Origin: Thraustochytrium aureum
Lineage: Eukaryota
Length of the DNA stretch: 52,196 nucleotides
Assembly: GCA_012862495.1 (NCBI GenBank)
Contig: BLSG01000403.1
Coordinates: 40,526-92,721 of the forward strand
Direction: 5' to 3'
Under the pieces are notes generated by a model. That model saw nothing but the letters and a program-made list of their open reading frames with translations. It did no database searches and was not told the DNA's origin. The position numbers and the translations under genes are program-made. The stretch's first letter is position 1. Each line of letters opens with the position of its first letter. Shown here one piece after another: positions 10,765-20,755 of the stretch.

Positions 10765-11185
10765 ATGCCGCCCCCGAAGATGGAAGCCCCTGTCGTGGAC
10801 AACCCGACCGAGTTTTCGGTCGACGTAAAGTAAGTGCCGGTCGCGGGTTTGCCGTGCCTCGCCTGCCCAACCTCGCGCCGCGCACACGGCGCTCGCTGAC
10901 ATACCGGCGCGCTTCGCGCCGCACAGCTGGAAGAAAGTGGACGGCGCAACAAAGTACGTCTTGTACCGACGCAAAATCCCCGCGGAATGGTCCTCGGCGA
11001 AGCGCACCGAAGTCGACGCCGCGCAGGTGAAGCTGACGATCGAGGACCTGGAGCCGACCTCGACCTACCAATTCCGCATCGCTGCCATGACGAACGAGGG
11101 CGAGGGCGAGCCTAGCGTCGAGACCACCATCGACACTGCCGTCGGCAACTGCACCCCAAAGCCGAAAAAGTGCGTGATTCAGTAG
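10765..11185 (+). CDS. Single fibronectin type III domain protein with C-terminal CaaX, join(10765..10829,10927..11185), 107 aa
   Basis: Intron GTAAGT..CTGAC..CAG gives MPPPKMEAPVVDNPTEFSVDVNWKKVDGATKYVLYRR...LTIEDLEPTSTYQFRIAAMTNEGEGEPS...NCTPKPKKCVIQ*. The FN3 W, Y and L-x-P-x-x-x-Y-x-F pattern is present. Confidence 0.88.
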
Positions 11186-11410
11186 TCGCGCAGGCTGCTG
11201 AGCAGGACTTGCCGGTGCCAAGTAGCTTGCAGCCGTGCCCAGCACTTCCTGCGCACGCGAGCAGCCGCCTGCGTGATGGCGTGCGCAACACGCGCTTACA
11301 GCAAAAAGCAAATTTGTGTTTCACCCATCAAGTTGGCGTTTGATCGAGGATGATGTACAACTGCAGAGTACAACTGTACAACTGTACACCCCACGTCGCC
11401 GAGAAGTCGC

Positions 11411-14402
11411 TCAATCGACCGGAACCACCAAGTAGAAAATAGCGCCAGCGGCGGCGGCTGCGAACAACCACGCCGGCCGCCGCGAGCCAAAGGCCCCGCT
11501 TTTGTCGTCATTGGTAGCCTCGCTTCCAGTTGCGCTGACCGACGGAGGCCCCCCAGACTGCGCTGGGGAAATTGATGGAGCCGCGGACGGAGCGGACGAT
11601 GTCCACGAAGTTGGCGCGAAGGTCTTCGAAGAAGGCGACCCACTCGGCGCTGACGGCCCCCCCGAAGGAGCGAATGGCGGCCCGGACGAGGGCGGCGCCT
11701 CAACTGGGCCTTGCTCCGGACTCGCTGTTGGCGCACCGGTGCGAAGCCGATAGGTCGGTCGCGGCGTCGCGCTTCCGTTGCCCTGCGTTCCGCAAAGGAA
11801 GCTAAGCGCGCATTCGGCCTCCTCGACGGCAGCCTCGTCAACCACAAGCTTTTGCAGAGGGTTGGCAACGTCGGCGACCGCGTCACAGTTGTCATCCACA
11901 GGGAAAGCGAGGTGCGTTCGATCCTTGCGACGCATTGTGCGGAACCAGGACGACGATGGCCTCAACGACTTGTCGTACCAATCTGCCCCAATCATGTCAT
12001 CGAGGATCGCCCCAAGCAATTCGCTAGAGATGCGCTGGACCTCTGTATCCGCGGGCCGCAGGAGCAGCAGGTTTTCAAATTCGAGCGGGTCTGCGCTCAG
12101 ATCGAACAACTCCATTCGGCCCGTTCGATCCGCTCGTGTCGGGAACAGCACACGGCTGTCTTCTTGCTCCCACAATAGCTTGTAAGGGCCGCGGCGCACA
12201 GCAAAACGCGGGGAAATGCCCAGGCAGTCGCCGATGAATTCGTTTCGAAACTCAAAAAGGATGGGGCGGCTGTGCAGACCAGATTCCTCCTCAGTGCAGG
12301 TTCCGCGGAGCAGGCAGCTCAAGTCACGGCCCTGAATGTTCCCAGCATCAGGAAGGGCGGCGAACTGCTCCGCAAGCCCGGACAACCCGGCGAGCGTGGG
12401 CATCAGGTCGATCAGCGAGGCAGGGGTGGACACGACCGTCCCAGGCGCTGCGAGCAAATCGCCGCCTCCGATCGCGAAAAGGGGACCCGGATGCCGCCTT
12501 CGTAGAGCGACCGTTTACCGCCACGGAACGGGCTGGTTGCCCCCTTGGCAGCAAAGTTGAGCGCCAATGTCTCGGGGCCGTTGTCGGCGGTGTAAATCAC
12601 AAGAACGTCGTCGGCGAGGCCGAGGGCCTCGAGCTCGTTCACTAGCCGAGCGACCTGCCGCTCCTGGTCGCGCATCAGCGCGCTGTATATCTGCCGCGCT
12701 TGCGTGACGTCGACGCCGGCTGTAAGCGGCGCGTCCACAGAGGGACGGGCCGTGTACGGGTTTGCGCTGTTCGGGTAGCCGTTTTCTGCGGGCTGGTCGA
12801 ACGCGGTGGCCAGGTTGAAAGGGGCGTGCGGATTTTGGAGCCACAGGTTCACGAAGAAGCGCTCGTTTCTCGCCACTCGGTCAAGCACAAAGTCGACGGT
12901 GCGGTTGACAAGCACAGCCTGGGCATACGACGAGAAAAGGAGGTCCTTGTTGTCGAGCGAGTTGGCGTGCGGCTTGCTCGCGGTGGGAAACTGCACGACC
13001 CGCTCCCACTTCCTGTCGCCTTCTAGATACCCGTACACTTGAAACTCGTCGAGGGCGTACAGGGGCCCGTCGACGTCGTACTGGCTGTCGCCTCGCCTCG
13101 AATAGTCGTAGCCGAGGTGCCACTTGCCAAAGTGCCCTGTGACAAACCCGTTCTCGCGGAAGAACCTGGGCATGGTCGTCAGTTTTTTTTCAAACGCAAT
13201 GCCGGCGCCCAAAAAGTCGGTGATCCCTTCCCTGCTGTTTATGCTTCTCTCCTTGTTGATGGCACCATGAACGCGCACATGCTCGTGCGACGGAAGCCGC
13301 CCCGAGACCAGGGCTGCGCGGCTTGGGCTGCAGACAGCGCTGTTCGAGTAGAACTGCGAAAATGTGACGCCCTTGGCCACCAAAGCGTCAAAGTCTGGCG
13401 TGTAGGGCTCAAAAGCGACCGCAACCCCATCCAAGCTCTCCGTGTGATCGCGTGGCCTCCAGTGAATGCAGACACGTCCCCTGGTCCCATGTCGTCTGCG
13501 ACGACGAGGATGATGCCCCTCAGGCTTGCGCTAGGGCCCTCTCCTGTCGCTTTTGGCGCATCATGGCCCGGTAATGCTTGGGTTTGTGGTGCCGAGGCAC
13601 CGAGTACGGATGGGCGCGCGGCTGCGAGCCCGCGCAGACAGGCGTCGTGCCTGACGATGCTTTCGTCGGCTGGCCGGTCGGCCCCGAGGCTTTCGAGGTA
13701 CTCGATCCACCGCCGCAGCTCGCCGCTCATCAAGCCCAGTAGATTCTCTAAATTTTCGGCTTCGGCCGAACCCGGTGTCAGCTGGGCCGCTGCGAGGTTG
13801 ACCATTTCAAAGTTGCCGTGCGCTGCGTCGTAAAGCTCGAGGCGAGCCGCACCGTAACGTCTTGCGATTGTGCTTGCGATTGAGCTTCCAATTGCGCTTT
13901 GTTCTGGCGACGCGTCGCCCGCTGCGCGTGGTAGCGGCTCAAGCAAAAGCTTGAACCGCCCCATTTGGATTGCGTAGCGCGGCGATTCGTGCATGCAGTG
14001 CCCAGGAACAGAGTAGCGCCACTCCCAGAGCTGCGGCTTGGCCCGCAGCAGCTGGCACTGGTCGGAGCCGCTGTCGGTCTCGATGCAACTGGCGAACGAC
14101 ACGCCGTCTCCGTAGCCCGCAAGCAAGCCCCCGCGGCCAAGGAGGTCGGCCACGGTGGGAGCCAGATCAACGGCGTTTAGGTCGGCGCCAATCGCACGAG
14201 GGCTCGAACGGAGAGAGGTGCCGTCCTCGAAAACTTGAAAGCGGAATGGAACTCGGAGCCCGCCCTCGTACAAGGAGCGCTTGAGGCCGCGAAATCGAGG
14301 CGTGCTGAACGAGTGGCCGTCGACCTGCTCGGATTCTGGCCCATTCGAGCCCGTGACGATGACAAAGCTGCGCCCCGGGACCGCGCCGCCGATCGAACGA
14401 GG
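11411..14402 (-). CDS. Membrane/GPI-anchored arylsulfatase with two tandem sulfatase domains; 5' end in gap; 2 frameshifts
   Basis: Domain 1 C-half: FRGLKRSLYEGGLRVPF, DLAPT, GRFKLL, ELYD. Domain 2: ILVVADDMG, CSPSRAALVSGR, GKWHLG, TADNG, FRGGKRSLYEGGIRVP, DLMPT, ELFDLSADPLE. A Pro/Ser/Thr stalk and hydrophobic tail follow. Frame changes near 13445 and 12478. Confidence 0.88.
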
Positions 14403-15428
14403 CTACNNNNNNNNNNNNNNNNNNNNNNNNNNNNNNNNNNNNNNNNNNNNNNNNNNNNNNNNNNNNNNNNNNNNNNNNNNNNNNNNNNNNNNNNNNNNNN
14501 NNNNNNNNNNNNNNNNNNNNNNNNNNNNNNNNNNNNNNNNNNNNNNNNNNNNNNNNNNNNNNNNNNNNNNNNNNNNNNNNNNNNNNNNNNNNNNNNNNNN
14601 NNNNNNNNNNNNNNNNNNNNNNNNNNNNNNNNNNNNNNNNNNNNNNNNNNNNNNNNNNNNNNNNNNNNNNNNNNNNNNNNNNNNNNNNNNNNNNNNNNNN
14701 NNNNNNNNNNNNNNNNNNNNNNNNNNNNNNNNNNNNNNNNNNNNNNNNNNNNNNNNNNNNNNNNNNNNNNNNNNNNNNNNNNNNNNNNNNNNNNNNNNNN
14801 NNNNNNNNNNNNNNNNNNNNNNNNNNNNNNNNNNNNNNNNNNNNNNNNNNNNNNNNNNNNNNNNNNNNNNNNNNNNNNNNNNNNNNNNNNNNNNNNNNNN
14901 NNNNNNNNNNNNNNNNNNNNNNNNNNNNNNNNNNNNNNNNNNNNNNNNNNNNNNNNNNNNNNNNNNNNNNNNNNNNNNNNNNNNNNNNNNNNNNNNNNNN
15001 NNNNNNNNNNNNNNNNNNNNNNNNNNNNNNNNNNNNNNNNNNNNNNNNNNNNNNNNNNNNNNNNNNNNNNNNNNNNNNNNNNNNNNNNNNNNNNNNNNNN
15101 NNNNNNNNNNNNNNNNNNNNNNNNNNNNNNNNNNNNNNNNNNNNNNNNNNNNNNNNNNNNNNNNNNNNNNNNNNNNNNNNNNNNNNNNNNNNNNNNNNNN
15201 NNNNNNNNNNNNNNNNNNNNNNNNNNNNNNNNNNNNNNNNNNNNNNNNNNNNNNNNNNNNNNNNNNNNNNNNNNNNNNNNNNNNNNNNNNNNNNNNNNNN
15301 NNNNNNNNNNNNNNNNNNNNNNNNNNNNNNNNNNNNNNNNNNNNNNNNNNNNNNNNNNNNNGGTTCACGAACTAAGTTGTAGGTAGGTAGGAGTACGGTA
15401 GAGTAGGTACATGCATGGTGCGTTTTGG

Positions 15429-17117
15429 TCAGGCAAAAATGTCGTCCGGGTCGTGCGAGCGCACGCCGAGGCCGCGCTTGCGGGCCTTGCGCAGGTACGA
15501 CTGGTTCTTGCGGGTCTCGACGACGTAGTGCTCGCGACGGCGCACAAGCGCCGCCACTTTCTGCACCGAGCCGCGGACCTGGGCCGCGTCCACCCAGGCG
15601 TGGCGCATCGTGTCTTTGAGGTTGAAGCGAGCTTGCGGATCGAGGAGAAGCATCCCCTTGAGCAGGTCGATGGCGTCCTCCGAAAGCTCGACGTCGTGTT
15701 TGAGCAGGACGGGCGCGGCCCACTCGCGGTGGTGCGCGTTCACCATCTCGTCAGCCTCGTGGCCGCCGTCGATGCTGCTGTGGTACTCTTCGGTGGCACC
15801 ATCATCAAAGGGCAGCACCCCGTAAAGCATCACGTGCAGCACAATGCCCAGGCTGAACACGTCCGCGCGGCAGCCGTCATAGTTGCCGACGTTGACCTCA
15901 GGAGCCTGGTAGCACAGGGTCCCGCTCCGCGAATTGACCACGAGCCGCGGCGAGTTGTAGCGCGCCCCGGACGACTTGGACTCGCGGCTCCAGCGCGACC
16001 CCAAGCTATGGCTCGACTCGAGGCTGGAGATCGAGTTGTAGCTAGACACCTTGTTGCCCATGCCGGTGTGGCGGCCCACGAGCGAGGAGAGCCCGTTCAT
16101 CGACGCAGATGAGCGGATCCCGCCGCTGCGGTTGCTGGAGAGCGAGTCTGTCCGTTGCAGATTGTCGCCGCTCCCGGAGGCAGCCCCTCGTGTGCGGCCT
16201 GTGCTGATCGCCTGAAACAGCTCCGCGTCCGCAGTGCCTGCGCGCGGGTCTTCGCTTGCGCTAAGCGGCGACCCTGCCGGCGACCCTGAGGACGACTCGG
16301 GCGTCGAATCTCCTCGGCGAAATGGGCCTTCAACAGAGTGGGAGTGAGGCAAGGAGAACCCGCTCCCTGGGAAGGGGCCCGAAGCAGACGGCGTGGGGTA
16401 GAACCCTGTGAGCGGCGAGGGCGACGAATCAATGCTGGAGGTGAGGCTTTCGAGGGAGTTGAGCGACGCAACAGCGCGGATGCCTCCGGAGGGACCGTGA
16501 TGAGCGCAAGGCCGCCCAGTGCGCGAGATATCCATGGCGCCGAGGCGCGCCTTGCGTGTGCCGCCGTGCGCTCGGGTGCTGCCGCGTCGTCCGGAGCGCA
16601 GAGGCTTGACGATCTCGCTCAGGCCGAAATCCGTGAGTTTGATGATTCCGTTCCGGCCGATGAGGATGTTTTCGGGCTTGATGTCAAGGTGCACGACGCC
16701 GTGTTTGTGGAGGTGGCTGACGCCGCGGACGACCTGCTGGAAAACGGCGCGCGCCGTGTCTTCGTTGAAGGGGATGCCAGCCGCCACGTACGAGAAGAGG
16801 TCTCCCCCGTCCAGGTAGTCGGTGACGATCACGCTCACGCGCTTGCTCTCGTACGAGCTCCGCGGCTTGCCGTGCTTTGACAGGTAGTCGACGTCGTGCA
16901 GCACTGTCACGAGGCCGCAGACGTTTGGGTGGCGGTTGCGCGGCTCGCCAAAGTACCGCAAGATCTCGAGCTCTTGCTGAACGGCCTGCGTCCGGAAGGC
17001 GTCAGGGTCCATGATTTTCAGCGCCACGAGGCGCCCGGACAGCGGCTCGCGGCCCAGCTTGACCTTGGACGAGGTGCCCTCGCCGATCGTCTCGCCGACT
17101 TCATACTCGCCGACCAT
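15429..17117 (-). CDS. Ser/Thr protein kinase (CAMK/SNF1-like) with long Ser-rich activation-segment insert
   Basis: IGEGTSSKV, VALK, GGDLF, HLDIKPEN, DFG ... GTLCYQAPE, DVFSLG, LLLDPQARF. Likely ATG at 17117. Confidence 0.92.
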   Translation of the reverse strand: MVGEYEVGETIGEGTSSKVKLGREPLSGRLVALKIMDPDAFRTQAVQQELEILRYFGEPRNRHPNVCGLVTVLHDVDYLSKHGKPRSSYESKRVSVIVTDYLDGGDLFSYVAAGIPFNEDTARAVFQQVVRGVSHLHKHGVVHLDIKPENILIGRNGIIKLTDFGLSEIVKPLRSGRRGSTRAHGGTRKARLGAMDISRTGRPCAHHGPSGGIRAVASLNSLESLTSSIDSSPSPLTGFYPTPSASGPFPGSGFSLPHSHSVEGPFRRGDSTPESSSGSPAGSPLSASEDPRAGTADAELFQAISTGRTRGAASGSGDNLQRTDSLSSNRSGGIRSSASMNGLSSLVGRHTGMGNKVSSYNSISSLESSHSLGSRWSRESKSSGARYNSPRLVVNSRSGTLCYQAPEVNVGNYDGCRADVFSLGIVLHVMLYGVLPFDDGATEEYHSSIDGGHEADEMVNAHHREWAAPVLLKHDVELSEDAIDLLKGMLLLDPQARFNLKDTMRHAWVDAAQVRGSVQKVAALVRRREHYVVETRKNQSYLRKARKRGLGVRSHDPDDIFA

Positions 17118-17309
17118 GCGTTTCCGGCCGCCTTTGCGCGCGAACGGAAGGCCATACCGCCCTGCACAGGGCGCTCGCGGCCCTCGCTGGCTGGCTGGCT
17201 CGCTTGGCTGGCTCCGGCAGGCTCGTTCGGCGGCCAACGCGCAGGGCACCCTGTCCTGCTGTTTCGCTGTTCCGAGAGAGAGCGCGCGGGTCCGGCGGAG
17301 GATGCAAGA

Positions 17310-17379
17310 CTGCCTTGGCCTGCCTTGGCCTGCCTAGGCCTGCCTTTCTGCCTGCCTGCCTGTCTGTCTGTCTGGCTTG

Positions 17380-17410
<31 letters not shown>

Positions 17411-17455
17411 CCGCCTTTGCTGCGCTCCTTGCTGGCTGGCTGGTTGCTGGCTGGG
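17310..17455. repeat. (GCCT)n/(GGCT)n/(GTCT)n microsatellite tract
   Basis: Visible directly, upstream of the kinase. Confidence 0.85.
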
Positions 17456-18039
17456 ACTGGCGGAGCTCCTCGTGCTCGTCGGAGGATCCTCGGTGCAGAG
17501 AGAAGGGAGAGAGAGCGAGGGAGGGAGGAGGAAAGAAAGGAGGGTTTCACGCGGTTCCTGTCCGGTTTCGCCCTCGCAGACACGCGGCCCTCACGCCGCG
17601 AGCCCTCTGTGCTGATTCTGCATTCTGAAATTCTGGTGACGAGTCTACTGGTGGGTGGACAGCAGGCTGAAATCAAGTTTCATGCGCCTCAGCTGCCTCT
17701 GGGGCTCCTGCAGCGCTGGTGGAAAACCCATTTCGCGAGAAAAGTAATTTCCAGGATGAATTCCAGGAGGAAGAGCTGCGGAGGAGGAGTGTCAATGGCT
17801 TGCCACTCCCTCCCGAAAGAATGAAGGAATGAATGTCTATTCATGTAGTACTTGCTCTCCAGAGGGAGGCGTTGGCGCGGCGGATGAGCTGGGCCGCAAG
17901 GATGACGTCGATGACACTGGCGAAAGAGTCCGTCCCTCTCCCTGGAAATCCATTTCTCTCGACCCCATCAACCAAGCGCTCGAGGCGAAATGGATTCCTG
18001 CAGGAAGGTCACGCGCGTGTAATCCATCGTGCAACCTCC

Positions 18040-18120
18040 TGCAAGCTGCCCTCGCGCAAGCTGCCCTCGCGCAAGCTGCCTCGCGCAAGCAGCCTCGCGC
18101 AAGCAGCCTCGCGCAGCAGC
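18040..18120. repeat. 14-15 bp tandem repeat (GCAAGCTGCCCTCGC / GCAAGCAGCCTCGC) about x5
   Basis: Visible directly. Confidence 0.85.
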
Positions 18121-18277
18121 CACGACTGCAAGGCCCACGCGGCGGCTGGGACGGGTCGCGGGAGCTCGCACACGCCTGCCCTGAAGCACATTGCTTGCAT
18201 CCCCACCGGCGGCAGTGAGTACCTACTCTACCCACTCGGACTCTCCTCACCCGAGAGTCCAGCGAGTACCTGGGCTG

Positions 18278-19857
18278 CTACCTCCTGGCTACATGCAGGG
18301 CGAGCGCGACGAGTGCCAGCGCACTTGAGCTGGCGAGGCGCGGTGACGCAGATAAGGAGGCTGCCACCGAAGGCGCAAGGGTAAACTCCATCAGGTCCGT
18401 CGCGTTTCCTCCCTGCAAAGTGAAGCCCTCAGGCTTGTTCGCAAGACAGGCATACGGATGGAATCCCGACTCGTCCGCGGAGCGCTTATAATTTTGGGTG
18501 AAGTTTGAAATCGAGCAGGCCGAAAACGGCGGCACCTCGGACAAGGCCGGTGCGGTTGACGCCATGAGAAAGGCGCTGCCATCGCAGTCGTTGTCGAGTC
18601 CGTCGTGCTACGATTTCCGCCGTCGAGTCAGCGCGCGAGGACCTCCTGCACACCGACGCCCTCCACCCTTGCTCAACTTACTTCACTCCCAAGCTGATGC
18701 CCCAGCTCATGCGCCACGACGTGCGCTAGCAGCGCCGTCGTCGGGTGTGTCTGCGAGATCGCCGCGCTCGACCTGACGCAGCACCCGTCTTTCGGATTTG
18801 CATAGCAATATTGATTGGCCAAGGTGTCGCAGGCCTGGTCCTTGTCGCAAATCGAGTCCAAGAATGCCAACCCAACAATTCTGCCGCCAAAATCTTTCCC
18901 GGACAACAAGTGCATCGCGTCATGCGCGGGGAGCAATTGCAGCATCTCGTTGCGCCAGCCATTGATCTGCGCGAGTAAAACCCCAGAGTCAACCTCGCCG
19001 TTGCTGTCCGGAGCAACTTCGTATGGGTCCTTCTTGAGGAAGAGCTGACCCACCAACACCACGTGTAGCCTGACGCCTTTGGCGAATTCATCAGCGCTGA
19101 TCACTGCGGAGACCTCGTTGACAAGCGTCGCCGCCGCGATCCCTGCTCTCGTCTGGTTGCCCTGGAATTGGGCCAGGCGTTCCGGGTCGCTGACGACAAG
19201 CAGTTCTATGTAGAGCTCCGGGCCGAGGACGACTGGCCCAGCCGCCGTTCTGTTGATCGGCTTTCGAGGGGCTAGACGTGTGGGTCGAGCTCGACGCGCG
19301 ATGTTGTCAAAGGCTTGGTCTCCAGAAAGCACTCGTCGCGAAGGCGCGTCTACGTGGGCGAAATCTCCAAAGCTCGCAGAGTAGCTCGTTCCTCTTGCGA
19401 CGACAAGGAGAGTCAACGGGCCGCCTTCGCAGAGCGTCAGCGCGGCTCCGCCCAGCCTCTCGCCACGGACCTGACCCGAGAAGTGGCAGGGGCGAGAACG
19501 AGGCGTAGCTGCCCCGCTGCCTTCAGAGCGAGCGAGCTCTCCTCGCGCCGTTGCCGTGTACTCTACGTAGTTGGGCGCAAAGAGCTCGTAGTTGGGACGC
19601 AAGTCAACCAGAGCGAGGCCGCTCGGGAGATCCAGCTCGAGAATGTGCGGGCCTTGCCCGGTTTCACGCAGGACTCTGCTGGCTTCGGTCGCCGTTAGCG
19701 GTTCGCCCGGCAGATTGGTGAAAAAGAAGCGCGGCTCTGTTTCGAGGTCTTGATAACTTGCTTTGCCTGCTCCTGCTTGTCGCGCCCTGCGCGCGGCGCT
19801 GGCCGCCGCGCTAGTCGCCCCGAGCACCAGCACCAGGACCGCCGTGACGAATCGCAT
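18278..19857 (-). CDS. Secreted/GPI-anchored M12B reprolysin-like metalloprotease, join(18682..19857,18278..18607), 501 aa
   Basis: Signal peptide MRFVTAVLVLVLG, propeptide PCHFSGQVRG, IELLVVSD, HDAMHLLSG..GLA. Intron 18608-18681 (GTAAGT..CTGAC..TAG) restores HELGHQLGSEHD. Met-turn FLMAS and a hydrophobic C-terminus follow. Confidence 0.92.
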
Positions 19858-20139
19858 CTTGGTCGCCACAAGGCTGCGCCTGCTTCCGCGGCGCTTGCTG
19901 CCGACCCTTCCTTCCTTCCGCTGGCGGGTGTCGCTCAAGTGCGAGTCCGGTCTGCACTGGAGTGCTCTCGCGCTGGCGAGACGTCGCACTGCGCGTGAAC
20001 CGATACGACAACAAACGATCAGGGAAAAGCTGCGGACGCAACTCGAACGGCTTTTGCATTTCTTCCTCTGCCGACGGGCGGAGTCGCGCACCAGCGCCAC
20101 CCGGCAGAAGATACTGTAGACGGCACAGCGCACAAAAGC

Positions 20140-20171
20140 ACAGAGCAGAGCAGAGCAGAGCAGAGCAGAGC
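20140..20171. repeat. (CAGAG)n microsatellite
   Basis: Visible directly between the two protease genes. Confidence 0.85.
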
Positions 20172-20755
20172 GGAGCAGGAACGCCCACTCACGTCGCTTT
20201 CCTCAATGGATGGATCTCTTTCCTCTTTTAATTAAACATGCCGTGAGCGGCACTCGCTAGAGCTAGGTATCGTCGACGAGCCGGACCAATTCGCTGGTTG
20301 ACGAACGGCTCTCGTCGATGCAAAACGCCGCACGCCGCGTCAGGTTGCACTTGGTTAGACTTTTAACCGTTGACTGACGACAGATGAAGAGATCTCGGGG
20401 AAAACTAGTAACTCGAACTCTAGAGCTGACCCTCAACGGCTTTGCCGATGCGCCGAAGACTCGCGCAGCCGCGGGCGTACTATTGCGCACGAGTCCTCGG
20501 TTGTTTGGCTGCCTTGTGGTAGACTTCCAGGCTGCCTGCAGCGCCTTGCAGACGAAGATAGCAGTCGCGATCAGCAGCGAACGGGCCTGTCAAGCGCATC
20601 GGCGTGCAGGCAAGCAGGCTTCCACACGTGGCTCTGCTCTCCCGTACGCTGCGTGCGGCTTGCAGTCAGGTAGCAAGGGCTGTGCCAAAGCAAAGCGCTG
20701 CAAAAACTCAAGCCACCTGCCTCCAGCAAGCGGCAGGGCGGCGGCAAGGGCCAGA

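Noticed and set aside
14167..15723. Very long ORFs spanning N gaps (also 4390-5541, 43202-45283, 48349-50384)
   Set aside because: Their length comes from runs of N; frame continuity across gaps is not evidence.
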